Source: Octopus vulgaris
Taxonomy: Eukaryota
Direction: 5' to 3'
NCBI GenBank assembly: GCA_951406725.2
Contig: OX597815.1
Span: forward strand, 54,994,001 to 55,058,000
Length of the DNA stretch: 64,000 bases
Part shown: in pieces, positions 43,859 through 60,739 of the stretch
How positions within the stretch are numbered: the first letter of the stretch is position 1
Layout of the letters: each line of letters opens with the position of its first letter
Notes under the pieces: model-generated
Databases searched by the model: none
Seen by the model: only the letters and a program-made list of their open reading frames with translations
Told to the model about the DNA's origin: nothing
Position numbers and translations under genes: made by a program

Positions 43859-46489
43859 GATACATATGTAAATACATACACACGTATACAATGCTCACAC
43901 ACACACACACATACACACACACCCGCACACAGTGCACACACACACACATATATACACACGTGCACACACACAAACACATACAACGCGCGCACACACACAT
44001 ATACACACACACGCACACAGTGCACACACACACACACACACACATACATCACCTACATATATATAATGCATGCGTGTGCATGCCACGTATGTGTGCGGTC
44101 AATGCCCGCTAGTGTGTCCTATGCGTGCCGATGCGCGCATGTGCCCGCCCGCACGATATGCTGTGAGCGTGCGCGCGTCCCTGTGTGCTTGCTCTGGATG
44201 TGCTTCCAGGGGGTATGTTAGAGTATGTTTAGTTGTGGTCTGTATTTTTGAATAAGATTACTTTCCTTATTTATTCGTGTTTGGTCTGTGGTGTTGTCCG
44301 AGCATTGGTATAGTGGGAAGACTAAGAATTTGGGGACTTATTGTGTGCACAAAGGTCTAAGTGTCCACTTAGTGGTATCTGTCTTGTGGAGGGGTCCCTC
44401 AGTTGTTGTCGGTGAACTGTCATTCTGTCTCTGAGGGTAAGGCTCGTTTGCCCTATGTAGTCTTCGTGGCATCCTTCACACCTTATGACGTAGAGTAAAT
44501 TTTTTGATGCGCACGTGAAGTTATTTTTTATGATGAATGTGTGTCCCGAGTGGAACTTGTACGACGATCCCTCAATGAGGTGGATGCAGGTCTTACAGTT
44601 GGGGCGACCACATTTTTTGATGGTGGGCGGTGGGTTTGTGTTGTGTAGTTTTGCGTTGGTGAGGAGGTTTTTTAGGGATTTAGGTTGTCTCTTACTTTTT
44701 ATTATTTTATGAGCTGCCAGTATTTTTTTCAGGCGTGGGTCTTGATTTAGTTGTGGAATGTTGTTGTATATAATAGTGTAAGCTTCTGCATTCCTTGGGT
44801 TGTGTGTTGAGAGATAAGGGAGGCTATTGACTGTACTGTGGATGTGTTTGGGTTTTCGAAGGTCTTGAATGTTGATTGATTTGGCCCGTTCTATTCCGTT
44901 GTCTACTAGTGATGCCGGGTAATGTCTTTCGAGAAGAATTGCCCTTAGTTCCCGGAGTCTTCTATTTCGTGTTGTGTCATTTGAGACAATAGTGCAGATT
45001 CTTCTCGCTAGGTTGAAGGGGATATTTGTCTTTGTGTGTTTTGGGTGATTGGAGGTGAATAGAAGGTATTGTTTAGAGTCAGTGGGTTTGTAATGGATGT
45101 CAGTTTCAATGTTGACGCCTTTTTTAATGATTAGGATGTCAAGAAAAGGGAGTTGGTCCTGACTATATTCCATTGTGAATTGAATGTTGTTATTTACACT
45201 GTTGATAAGGTTTTTGAAGTCTATAAGTTGGTCGAGTGTGTGGGACCATAGGATGAGGCAATCATCTAAGTAGCGTTTCCAGTTCTCCAACAGGTATTTG
45301 TGGAAAGACTGGCCGTACTTATATTTGGATTTTTCATAGATATGTGATTCCAGGTAGGCCATCACCAGGTTTGCATAGGTAGGTGCAACTTTCGTACCCA
45401 TTGCAGTCCCTGAGACCTGTCTGTAAGTGTTGTTGTGGAAATACATGAAGTTGTTTTGCAGAATAAATTTGAGGCCCTCAATTATGAATTCTTTTTAATT
45501 CTTTCCGGGATCTCATTGGGATATTTATCCAGCCAGAATTTAATGGCTTCCAGTCCAAATTCATGTGGGATTGTGGTGTAAAGATTAATAACATCAAAAG
45601 AAACGATTAAGGTGTCTTTATCGGCATGTTTGGGGAGATGGTTTAATAGGTCCAGGTCATCTCTTACAATACTTGGAATGTGTTTCAGTATTGGCTTTAA
45701 GATGATATCTATAAAGTTGCTAAGTCTGTGTGTTTCACAACTTGGGCCTGCCACTATTGGTCTCAGTTTGAGATCAGTGGGATGTGGTATAGTGATGCAG
45801 GTTGAAGTGGACTTTTTGCAAGCTTCTGTGATAATTTGACTCTTGTGTATTTTTGGAAGGCCATAGAGTGTGCTGGTTTTGCAATTAAATTTAGTAATGT
45901 AGTCGCATTCCTTTGCTGTCAAGTCATTCCGGTGTTGGTAAATGAGTGCCTTCAGATTGGTCATTGTTTTGGATTGCTGGTAGTCGACTACTCTTTCGTA
46001 GTATGTGGTATCCTCTAAAAGGAGAGATACAGAGTTTTTATATTGCTCAGTATTCATAACAACGACCGTACTACCCTTATCAGCTTCCTTTATTGTGACG
46101 TCATGATTGTCTCGTAGTGTATGGATGATTTCCCATTCTCTTTTACTGGTGTTGGGTTTGAGTTTAGGTTGTGGGAGTTCACCATATAAGGGAAGTTGGA
46201 GATGTAATCGCAAAATTTGTCTAAGGTTTTGTTTTTGCCTTTTATGGGATTATAGTTGCTTTTGTTACAGACCATTGATTCGTCGTTATTATTAGTTTTT
46301 CTGTCAAAAAATTCCTCTGTGAGGCGTAATTTTCTGCAAAAGTGCGAGATGTCATCCTGTATTTCCCTCGTTTAGGTTAGGTATTGCGGAGTTGGGGTGA
46401 ATTTCATTGTGTGTGTATGTGTGTGTGTATGTGTGTGTGTGTGTGTGTGTGAGCATTGTATACGTGTGTATGTATTTACATATGTATCT

Positions 46490-46533
<44 letters not shown>

Positions 46534-46757
46534 TGTGTGTGTATATGCATGGTATGTGTGTATATATTAGTACTTTGTTTGTGTGTATGTGCGGCATGTA
46601 GAGATATATTTGAGTGTGTACGCTATAGGTTTGTAATTTGTGTGTGTGGGGGGTGGTGAATTTTTTATATATATATGTGTGTGTATGTGTGTGAAAAAAT
46701 ATATGTATGTGCATGTATGTATGTATGTATGTGTGTATATATATATATATATATGTG

Positions 46758-46790
<33 letters not shown>

Positions 46791-47338
46791 ATATTTATTT
46801 GCATGTTTATGTGTGTATAAACATGTACATTATTTGCATGCGCATTGTATATATGTATATTGTATGTATGTGTATTGTATATGTACGTGTACAATTAAGT
46901 GTATATATTTGTGTGTATGTGTGCACTGTATATATGTATATTGTAGGTGTGCTATATGTGCATGAATACATGTATATGCATTGCGTGTATATATATGTAT
47001 GCATTGTGTGTGTATGTATGTTATGTGTGTGTGTGTGTATATATATATTATATGTATGCGTACGTGTATGTGTATGCATTGTATGTATGTGTGTTGTGTG
47101 TATATGTGGTACATCTATGTATGTGTATGTAAACACTATTTATATGTATATGTGTATATATGTATATGCATTGTCTATATATATATATATTATATGTATG
47201 TATTGCGTATGTATATTGCATGCATATATTGTGTATGTATATTACTTACATGCTGTATGTGTGTATTGTATGTGTGTATATATATATGCTAGGTGTATTT
47301 GTGTGATATTTATATTATGTATGTATGTGTGCGTGTGT

Positions 47339-47372
<34 letters not shown>

Positions 47373-48174
47373 TTATATATCTGTGTATGTTATATATAGA
47401 TACATGTTATATTTGTGTGCTGTGTGTATATGTGATATATGTGGGTGCGTTGTGTGTGGGTGTGTGTGTTCTGTGTGTGTGTGTGTTGTTTGTATGTGGT
47501 TTGTGTTTGTATACTATGTGTGTGTGTGTGTGTGTTGTTGTTTGTGTGTGTGTTTGTGTGTATATATATGTGTGTGACAAACAGACGCTGTCTGACCAGC
47601 AGGCACGGACACATCTATTCACACCCGCATACTAACCTCCTGATAACCCCAAAATCATTCATGCATAAAGGGGAAGTATACACCACATTGGCTACTTCTG
47701 TTCTCTCAGTTCAGCCTTTCTGCTAATACTGACAGGTCAGTAAAAACATACTTAAAATATTCTGAGATGGACAAAAAATCCATTTTAATTTTTGCTGTCA
47801 AAACGCTGTATATATATACCAAAGATTGTATATATATACATGTAATGTGACAATTTGCGACAACCAATAATTAACGCAACCAATTCCCAATAATATATTT
47901 GTTTTATCCTTTTCTGCCAAATTTTCCCAAATAATGTGACAATTATGTATAAAAAAAACATTTTTGAATTCATAATATCCAATGTGACAATTATGTAAAA
48001 AACTTTTTTGAATGCATAATATTCAATGTGACAATTATGTAAAAAACTTTTTTGAACCCATAATATCCAATGTGACAATTATGTAAAAAACTTTTTTGAA
48101 TGCATAATATTCAATGTGACAATTATGTAAAAAACTTTTTTGAACCCATATTATTCAATGTTTCCTTAAATGTA

Positions 48175-48215
48175 ACTTTTGACAATCTTTTACCAAAGAG
48201 TGAAACCGGTTAAGT
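48175..48215 (+). ncRNA. Hammerhead-like motif, right arm of Penelope 2
   Basis: Exact inverted copy of 42148-42188. Confidence 0.55.
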
Positions 48216-48344
48216 AAATAAACATCGTTTAAATTGCATTTTCAAACCTTTTTTCTTATATATATATATATATATATATATGTATTTATATATATATATG
48301 TATGTATTTATATATGTATTTATATATATATATGTATGTATTTA

Positions 48345-48399
<55 letters not shown>

Positions 48400-48520
48400 T
48401 TATATATATATATGTATGTATATATATATGTATATATATGTATTTATATATATATATGTATGTATATATATATGTATATATATATATGTATATATATGTA
48501 TATATATATGTATATATATG

Positions 48521-48558
<38 letters not shown>

Positions 48559-48573
48559 TATATATGTATATAC

Positions 48574-49988
48574 TTTGATAGGTTTCGGCCATTATTGGCC
48601 CAGGCCATGTCTAACTTAACAGCACCACCTGGTGAAGTCTTTCAAGTCAGAATTTGGGCACTATGGCCCACTCAAGTAGAGAGTTATTGTTTACAGAGAC
48701 ATATCCGGGTGTAGGGGGTTTATCCGGGATTTCTTGAAGGAATCTGTCCAAAGACTTCATGAACCCTATAGGGTCAGTTTCTGTTTTAATGTGTTTTGGG
48801 GTAATTTTAAAGAGAGCGGGGCCAATTGAGGTGAAATAATTGTGCCGTATTGTTGTTATGAGATGAGAGTGCGATTTTTGTTTTGGGCGGATGGCACGGG
48901 GCCCAAGCCTTGGATGTACCTTAAAGGTGATGCCAACATCATTTGGGCAATGCTGATGGAATATTTTCCACATCATGCAGATGATGTTGCGCTCACGACG
49001 ACGTTGGAGAGAATAAAGTTTTAGCTTTTCTAGTCGACCCCAATAGTCGAGGCCTGTCATGCCATCTATCTTTTTTGTGATTGCCCTTTGAGGTGCTTCA
49101 ACTTTTATGATACTTTGTATTGTGTGGGGAGATCACAGTGGACAACAGTATTCAAGGTGGGGTCGGGCAAAAGTGGAGAAGAGAAGGATAATGGTGTGGA
49201 TATCTCTCGACTGGAAAGTTCTGAGAATCCAGGAACACATTCTGCGGGCCATGTCAACTTTGGTGTTGATGTGTGGCCCAGCTTATGTTGTTGTCCACAA
49301 TTACTCCCAAGTCTCTGATGTTGTTGGACGCCGCGAGAGTTTCACCTGAAGGAAGGGAGTATGGGAGTTTCAGGGTATCCTCTTTTCCAAAGTGGATTAA
49401 CTCAAATTTATCCTCGTTCAGCAGCATATTGTTTTTTTCTGCCCATTGGATAACAGCCAGTAGATCTGACTGAAGGCATGTCCGGTCACTTGCCTCATTT
49501 ATGACCTTTTGTAGCTTGGAATCATCTGCAAAGATTTTTATGTTGCTGTGCTTGATGATGTCATTAATGTAGATGATGAAAAGAAGTGGGCCCAGCACAG
49601 TGCCTTGCGGAACACCACTCCTGACTTTGGCTGGGCTTGATTTTACCCCTTCAACTACAACATGTTGAGATCTGTCTGTCAGGAAACACTTGATCCATTT
49701 CAGTAACTTTCCAGAGACACCAATGTTGGATAGTTTTTTCAATAGGATCTTGTGATCGACCCTGTCGAAGGCCTTACTGAGGTCAAGATAGATGACATCG
49801 GTGTTGGAGCCCTCTCCCAAAGCTCTCAAAATGTCATCAAAGTGATGCAGGAGCTGCGTTAGGCAGTCCCTTCCATTACGGAACCCATGTTGGTTAGAGA
49901 TCAGCCGTCTGTTGCTTTCCAGAAATTGGGTTATTCGAGATCTCACCACCCTCTCAAATACTTTGATAATATGAGAGGTGAGTGAGAT
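48574..49988 (-). mobile_element. 5'-truncated LINE related to family B
   Basis: RT C-terminal half closely similar to ORF2 at 36787-38140, with a frameshift near 49275. Confidence 0.92.
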
Positions 49989-52185
<2,197 letters not shown>

Positions 52186-53395
52186 TGCGTGATCTTGGCA
52201 TAGTTGGAAAATTGGGAGAATGGCTTCATGATTTTCAGAAGAATAGAGGTCAGGTGGTAGCAGCCAATGGGGCCACTTCCATTAACACGCAAATAATGAG
52301 CGGTGTTCCGCAGGGCACTGTTCTGGGACCACTACTGTTCATAATGGCCCTCTCAGACATGCCCTCAGCCACGCAGAGAGCCACGATCACAAGTTATGCA
52401 AATGATACAAAAGTTTCACAGGCAATACAGAACCCTGAGGACACTAAGCACCTGCAATGTGAGCTGGACGAAATATACAATTGGGCTGAAAAGAATAGCA
52501 TGCAGTTCGATGCTGAAAAGTTTCAAGCTTTATACTATCAGCATGCAAAACTGAATGCAATACCCAATGAATACACTGGACCCGGAGGGATTGCAATCCC
52601 AGAGGCACAATCAGTGCGTGACCTGGGTATTCACATGAGTGATGATGCGACCTTTCATGTACATGTTGCTAAACTGGCAATGAAATGTAGACGGCTGGCT
52701 GGATGGATTCGTAGAACCTTTAGAACAAGAGAACAAGAAACCATGATGGTCCTCTGGAAGACACTTGTCCTAAGCCACTTTGACTATTGCTCTCAGCTAT
52801 GGTCACCATCCAGTGTCAAGTTGATCACAGAACTCGAGGCGATCCAATGTAGCTACACAAAGAAGATAGCCTCTGTGCAGCATATGAGCTACTGGGAAAG
52901 ATGCAAGAGATTAAAGCTCTATTCTCTGGAGCGTAGGCGAGAAAGATATGCCATAATATATATCTGGAAGATCCTGGAAGGACTTGTCCCAAACATTGGC
53001 ATCGAGAGACACAAATGCCAGAACCGGGCGCCACTGCGTAGTACCAAGGACTCCAAATTTGCCATCAAGATGTAGGACAAGATATTGTGATAGCCTGGGC
53101 TTCAGAGGCCCACGGCTCTTCAATGTTCTCCCGAAGAACCTGAGGGACCTGCATGGTGTAGATGCGAATGTCTTTAAAGTAGGACTGGATCTCTTCCTGT
53201 CAGGTGTCCCGGATGAACCAGGTGTCACGGCAGGAGGTGCAGATGAGGGCAGCTGCATCGAACTCTCTCATGCATCAGATGGCGTTTGCTAAAAAGCATC
53301 CGTGAGGTAAAATCGTGTAGCAAACCAAATGGCGGTGCCCTGGCATGCCCACAGCTCATTAGCTGAAACTGGAAAAATCAAAATCAGTCAAATCA
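52186..53395 (+). mobile_element. LINE family A copy, 5'-truncated
   Basis: Colinear with 12008-13209; YAND at the catalytic motif; frameshifts. Confidence 0.92.
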
Positions 53396-53405
53396 TATAT
53401 GTGTA

Positions 53406-53448
<43 letters not shown>

Positions 53449-53675
53449 TTATATATATATATGTATATATATATTATATGTATGTACATATATATATATG
53501 TATGTATATATATATATATATATGTATATATATGTATGTATATATATGTATATATATGTATGTATGTATATATATGTATGTATTTATATATGTATGTATA
53601 TATATATATGTATGTATATATATATATATGTATATATATATGTATGTATGTATATATATATGTATGTATGTATAC

Positions 53676-53708
<33 letters not shown>

Positions 53709-54270
53709 TATGTATGTATATATATATGTATGTGTGTATATATATATGTATGTATATATATATATGTATGTATATATATATGTATTTATATATGTATATA
53801 TATATATATGTATGTATATATATATATATGTATATATATATGTATATATATATATATGTATATATATGTATATATATATGTATATATATGTATATATATA
53901 TGTAGATATATGTATATATATGTATATTTATATATATGTATATTTATATATATGTGTTTACAAATGTGTATATATATATATGTATATATAAATGTATATA
54001 TATGTATGAATATATATATGTATGTATATATATATATGTATGTATATATATATATGTATATATATATATATGTATTTATATATATGTATTTATATATATA
54101 TATGTATATATATATATATGTATTTATATATATATCTATGTATATATATATATGTATCTATATATATGTATTTATATATATGTATATATATATGTATCTA
54201 TATATATGTATTTATATATATGTGTATATATATGTATATATATATGTATGTATATATATGTATATATATG

Positions 54271-54301
<31 letters not shown>

Positions 54302-54319
54302 GCATGTATATATATGTAT

Positions 54320-54359
<40 letters not shown>

Positions 54360-54510
54360 GTATATATATATATATGTATGTAGTGGTTGGCGTTAGGAAG
54401 GGCATCCAGCTGTAGAAACACTGCCAGATCTGACTGGCCTGGTGCAGCCTTCGGGCTTTCCAGACCCTAGCTGAACTAGCATGGAAAGCGAACGTTAAAT
54501 GATGATGATG

Positions 54511-54544
<34 letters not shown>

Positions 54545-54561
54545 GTATATATATATATATG

Positions 54562-54598
<37 letters not shown>

Positions 54599-54767
54599 GT
54601 ATATATATATGTATGTATATATATATATATCTATGTATGTATATATATATATGTGTATATATATATATGTATATCTATGTATATATATATATATATATAT
54701 ATGTGTATATATATATATGTATATCTATGTATGTATATATATATATGTGTATGTATATATATGTATG

Positions 54768-54842
<75 letters not shown>

Positions 54843-54865
54843 GTATATATATGTATATATATATG

Positions 54866-54904
<39 letters not shown>

Positions 54905-54918
54905 GTATATATATATAT
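53396..54918. repeat. (TA)n/(TATG)n arrays with SINE tail fragment at 54380-54510
   Basis: Direct observation. Confidence 0.95.
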
Positions 54919-57730
54919 AAAATAATAGTTATCGCCATACTAATATGGCATTCTTATAAAAATAAGAATAAAGCTGTCCGCTTATTAGCTCCATGAGGCC
55001 ATCGCCTTAAGTTAGCTATTTGATACACAAACTGTATCCATATAACCTTCGAACAAGGGAGGTCAGTCGCTCCACACTACTTGACCGGCAGCTACAGACG
55101 CGTTTCGGGGTATTGCCCCTTTTCAATGCAGCGTAGCCAGCCAGTAGGTGTCGCTTCCGATAATCTCTGTTCGATGGTTTTATTTACCTAGTTTCGGTGG
55201 AATACATCCACTTGTTTTCAATAATAGAAATATTAAAATTACTAAGTCTCTCTAAAAGAGAACAGCGGCAGCGTTCCCAGAAAATAATAGTTATCGCCAT
55301 ACTAATATGGCATTCTTATAAAAATAAGAATAAAGCTGTCCGCTTATTAGCTTCCGAGCGGAAGTGGCGTGCGACGGGAGAAAAAGAGTGTAGGCGAACG
55401 TCCCTCAAATGTTCTGTGAATCGGTCGGACAACCGGCGTCCCGTCTGTCCTACATACAGAATCCCGCATAGGTTGCATTTAATGCAGTAAATAAGGCCAG
55501 ACGAGGTGCAAGTAAAAGAGTGCCTAATGCGTACAGTATGCTGGTTGGAGCCGGTGACAGCGGTGGTGTTGGTGATGAAGGGGCAAGTGTTGCAGCGGGA
55601 TCTAGAGCAAGGGAATGATCCGTGTGGGGCTGAGGGGGAAGGAGAGAGGGTGCTGTGGACCAGGAGGTCACGCAGATTTCGGGCTCGTCTGAAGGAGGAC
55701 AGGGGTGGGTTAGGGAAAATGGGGCGGGTGGTGGGATCAAGCTGGAGGCGACGGAAGGCACGTAGTATCTTGCGACGAAGGGGTGGAAAAGGGGGTGCGG
55801 TTGGGGGGTGGGCGGGGGGAAGGAGACAGGGCGGTGGTGCAGTCGATGCGACAGGCGCGGGTGAGGGCATCAGAGAGGAGTATGGGTGGGTAACCTCGGA
55901 GTCTGAACATGCGGGCCAGGTATTGAGATTGGGTCTCGAAATCCTGGTCGCGGCTGCACAAACGTCGGAGGCGGAGGAACTGGGAGTAGGGGATGGCTCG
56001 TTTGGTGTGGAAGGGGTGGGAGGAAGAGAAGTTGAGATAGAGGTGGGAATCCATAGGTTTAAAGAAGGCGGTGGTGGTGAGAGAGTTGGAGGGGTGATCG
56101 ATGCGGAGAGAGATGTCAAGGAAGTTGACAGAGGTGTTGGAGATGGTGGAGGTGAATTGAAGAGAGGGGTGAAAGTTGGAAAGGAAAGAGATGAATTGGC
56201 AGAGAAGTTCACGGGAAAGGGAGGTGAAACCTATGCAGTCGTCGATATAGCGACCGTATAGTTCGGGGGTCGGCCCAGAGAACTGGGAGAACACTTGGGC
56301 CTCAATGTAGCCAAGAAAGAGATTGGCGAAATTGAGGCCCATCCTAGTTCCCATCGCGACCCCGGACACCTGTTGGTACGTTTCCCCGGCGAACGTGAAG
56401 CAATTGAGGGTGAGGACGAGCTCAGCCAAGCGGAGAAGGGTGGGGGTGCTAGGGGTGGGGTCGGGACGACGGTCGAGGAAGTGTTGGAGGGCTAGGAGAC
56501 CGTCATTGTGGAGAATCAGTGTACAGGGATTTTACATCTAATGTGAAGAGGAGGTGTGAGGGGCCGGAAGGGAAGGAAAAGGAATTGAAGAGATGGAGGG
56601 CGTGGTTGGTGTCGTGTATGTGGGATGGGAGGGCTGCAACTAAGGGGGACAGGATGCGGTCGAGGTATAGGGAGATGAGTTCAGTGGGGCAATTACAGGC
56701 AGAGACTATGGGACGGCCAGGATTAGAGGGTTTATGGATCTTGGGAAGGAAGTAGATGGTGGAGGTGCGGGGTGTGCGGACGATGAGGTTGGTGGCGGTG
56801 GGGGGAGAGCGGAGGAGGAGATGAGGTCGCGGATTGTGGAGGACACTCGCTGTTGGTAGGAGGAGGTGGGATCGGAGGGGAGGAGGCGATAGAAGAGGTG
56901 ATTTTGAAGCTGGTTGAGCGCTTCCTCCCTGTATAGGTCCACGCGCAACACTACCACTGCCCCGCCTTTGTCCGCCGGTTTGATGACAATGTCATTACGT
57001 CGGTGGAGGTGGCGAAGGGCAATGGATTCGGCCCGAGTGAGGTTGGCTCGGCGGGGTCTTGGTTCAAAGTTGAAACGGTGGACCAAAGCATTGCAGTCAT
57101 GTACAAACGAATCTAGGCTACTGAAAAGGCCTGGGGGCGGCGTCCAGATGGATGGACGACGCCCCAGCTCCAAAAGGCAATCCTGATTGTTGTGACGCTG
57201 CGGGGACGCGTGGTAGTATGCGCAAAGTTTGAGGCGGCGCAGGAACAGGTTGACGTCCGCCCGAGTCTCGAACTCATCACAGTGGCGCGTGTTTATTGGA
57301 GACCCTGCTGGATGAAAAATAAAGCCCATCAAAGGACGGAGGAACTCTTGAGAGTCAACGGCCATCCAATAAATGTCTTAAGGCTGTATCATGCGCGGGG
57401 ACATAGAAATAATCGGACTGAATACCCGATCACACGGTTAAACCATTGGGAATGAAGGACTCCCAGCCTTTATTAGGGCATCATTCTAGGAGAAAGTAAC
57501 TCAGGTAACTGGGATAACTCCGACATAAAACCTGCGGCTCAGTAGTTACCGATGATGTTGACTTGTTCTTCTTTTCGCATTTTGGTTGCTGTTGCTTAGT
57601 GAATGGGATTGACTCAGTGCACAGCCTTTCCTCACTTTAAAAAAAAATCTTGTTGCACAGGCATTGCACAATAACAACATTGATTAAGCTTTGTGCAATG
57701 GCCATACTCAATAACGAGGGGGCAGCCACC
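54919..57730 (-). mobile_element. Penelope-like retroelement 3 (GC-rich, frameshifted)
   Basis: KPADKGG (56706-57365), GVAMGT and RYIDD (55737-56429), LIYCIKC..YVGQT..RFTEH GIY-YIG (55316-56212). 72-bp direct repeat at 54919-54990 and 55281-55352. Confidence 0.88.
55091..55132 (-). ncRNA. Minimal type I hammerhead ribozyme candidate (best example)
   Basis: Minus strand: GCUGCA-UUGAAAA-GGGG caaua CCCC-GAA-ACGCGU-C-UGUAGC. 6-bp helix I, 4-bp helix II, palindromic helix III, GUC triplet. Confidence 0.78.
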
Positions 57731-57755
57731 ATGTATATATATATGTATGTATATA

Positions 57756-58184
57756 TTTGTTTATTTCCGTAAACCTGCCTTCGTCTTTTGTCTATTTTCA
57801 TAAAGCTTCCCGTTATATATTACGCGCTCACGTGGTCTCACTTTCATCCTATATTCTACCAACACCACTATCAACTCTTACCTATACTTACCATTGGCTG
57901 CACCTCTCTTTCACGGATCAAAGTGACTTTGTTATTGATGTGAAATCCTTAAAAAATATACCACGACGTCTATACATTTCTAACCTTGAACTCTCAACCT
58001 TGTTTTTTCTCTGTGTATCTTTCTGTTGAAGAGCGTAGGCTCGAAACGTTAAAGACTTGTTTTATTTATATTTCCTGAGCGCCATACTAATACAATTGTT
58101 TGTTTGTATTCCACCTGCCTTCGTCTTTTGTTTATTTCCGTAAACCTGCCTTCGTCTTTTGTCTATTTTCATAAAGCTTCCCGT

Positions 58185-58186
<2 letters not shown>
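57756..58186 (+). mobile_element. Non-coding ~430-bp insert with ~60-bp direct terminal repeats
   Basis: tttgtttatttccgtaaacctgcc...cttcccgtta at 57756 and 58127; TA-flanked; hammerhead-like motif inside. Confidence 0.65.
58018..58055 (+). ncRNA. Minimal hammerhead-like motif
   Basis: UCUUU-CUGUUGA-A-GAGC guag GCUC-GAA-ACGU-U-AAAGA; A6 is replaced by U. Confidence 0.62.
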
Positions 58187-59416
<1,230 letters not shown>

Positions 59417-59489
59417 TAAAAAAAGGAAATGAAGAAAATGCTGACAAAATAATTTAAGTAAGGGAGAGTGTATTTAATTAGGTGAAAGT

Positions 59490-59529
59490 TCTTTTTACCG
59501 GTTGCACATTTGTTATGCTTATCAAAAGA
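59490..59529 (-). ncRNA. Hammerhead-like motif in non-coding insert 59417-60056
   Basis: Minus strand: UCUU-UUGAUAA-GCAU aacaa AUGU-GCA-ACCGGU-A-AAAAGA; A13 is replaced by C. Confidence 0.45.
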
Positions 59530-60116
59530 TATTTTTTAAAGTTAGATAGAGTTCCTTTCTGATAGATTTTTTTTCTCTTATCTGACTTTATGTTGGGTTT
59601 GCTGTCTCTTATATGTGAAAAAAGAGGCTCCAGAGTTGTTTAAGATTTGCTTGGTTTCGCGCCTAAAATTTCTTGTGGACAATGGTCAATACAATTTTGA
59701 TTGGTCATTATAAAGGGGTCACGTGAATGTTTGAATGGAAGTTGGTGTTGGGGTAAGAAAATAGGCTCCAGAGATGTTAAAATTTGGCTAGTGTCCAAAT
59801 TTCTTATTGGTTATAATAAAGAGGTCACGTGGATGTGGTCATAATAGAGAGGTCATGTGAATGTTTAGAATGAATGTTGATGTGGGTGATGTATGGAGTT
59901 TTCGAAAATAGCGTTGTTGAAAATTCTTATTGTTCAGGCTGGTCAGTAGACGTCATGTGGATATTTTAAATAGCTTTTTAGCGTAGTTAAGGAGTGTATT
60001 TTCCGCTTGACTGAATTTGAGCTAGATAAGTAAGTTCCTTTAGGACAGGAAGAGCTATGTGTATGTGTGCGTGTGTGTATGTGTGTTTATATGTATGTTG
60101 GGGCGTGTATATATGT

Positions 60117-60739
60117 GATGAAATAGAGGAGGTGAGAGAATATGTCTACCTGGGACAGGAAGTAAATATGTGCCAGGATATCAAAAAGGAGATCTCACGG
60201 AGAGTAAGGGCCGGATGGAAGGCATTCAATGGCATAAGGGATGTGCTCAAGGGAAAGCTGGACAGGACCACCCGCGCCAACCTCATTAACAGTGCAGTTC
60301 TACCTGCAATGTTATATGGTATTGAAACATGGGCTACCACAAAGAGAGAAGAGCAAAGACTGGTAACGGCTCAAGGAGCCATGGAAAGGTTAATGCTTGG
60401 TATCTCGTTGAGAGAGCACATAAGTAGCAAGATCATCAGAAAGAAGTCCGGCATGAGAGATGTCATAGCAGAGTATACACGCAGCAAGTATAGATGGGCT
60501 GGACACGTCGCCCGGCTCACTGATAATCGGTGGACAAACGCAGCTGTCGAGTGGTACCCGCGTGAGTGGAAAAGACCACCCGGAAGACCTCCACGATGGT
60601 GGAATTACGATTTCAGGAGGACGATTGGGATCACGTGGATGAGAAAGGCGCGATCCAGAGAGGAGTGGACAGCGTGCTATGACCAGCGGTGTCAAATGGA
60701 TGCCTAACGGACTGGTCGGTCAAAGTGATCAAAGTGATA
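60117..60739 (+). mobile_element. 3' fragment of RTE-clade LINE
   Basis: YVYLGQ, RWAGHVAR, KRPPGRPPRWW; tail caaagtgat x2. Confidence 0.88.

Larger units (their letters stand above)
42063..48260 (-). mobile_element. Penelope-like retroelement 2 with long inverted arms
   Basis: Frameshifted RT/GIY-YIG at 44322-46405 (KEADKG, GTAMGT, RYLDD, NLLYVIRC..YIGQT). 42100-43920 is the reverse complement of 46407-48260. Confidence 0.9.

Noticed and set aside
55506-56261. 251-aa Gly/Glu-rich plus-strand ORF
   Set aside because: Antisense shadow of the pyrimidine-rich Penelope 3 coding strand.
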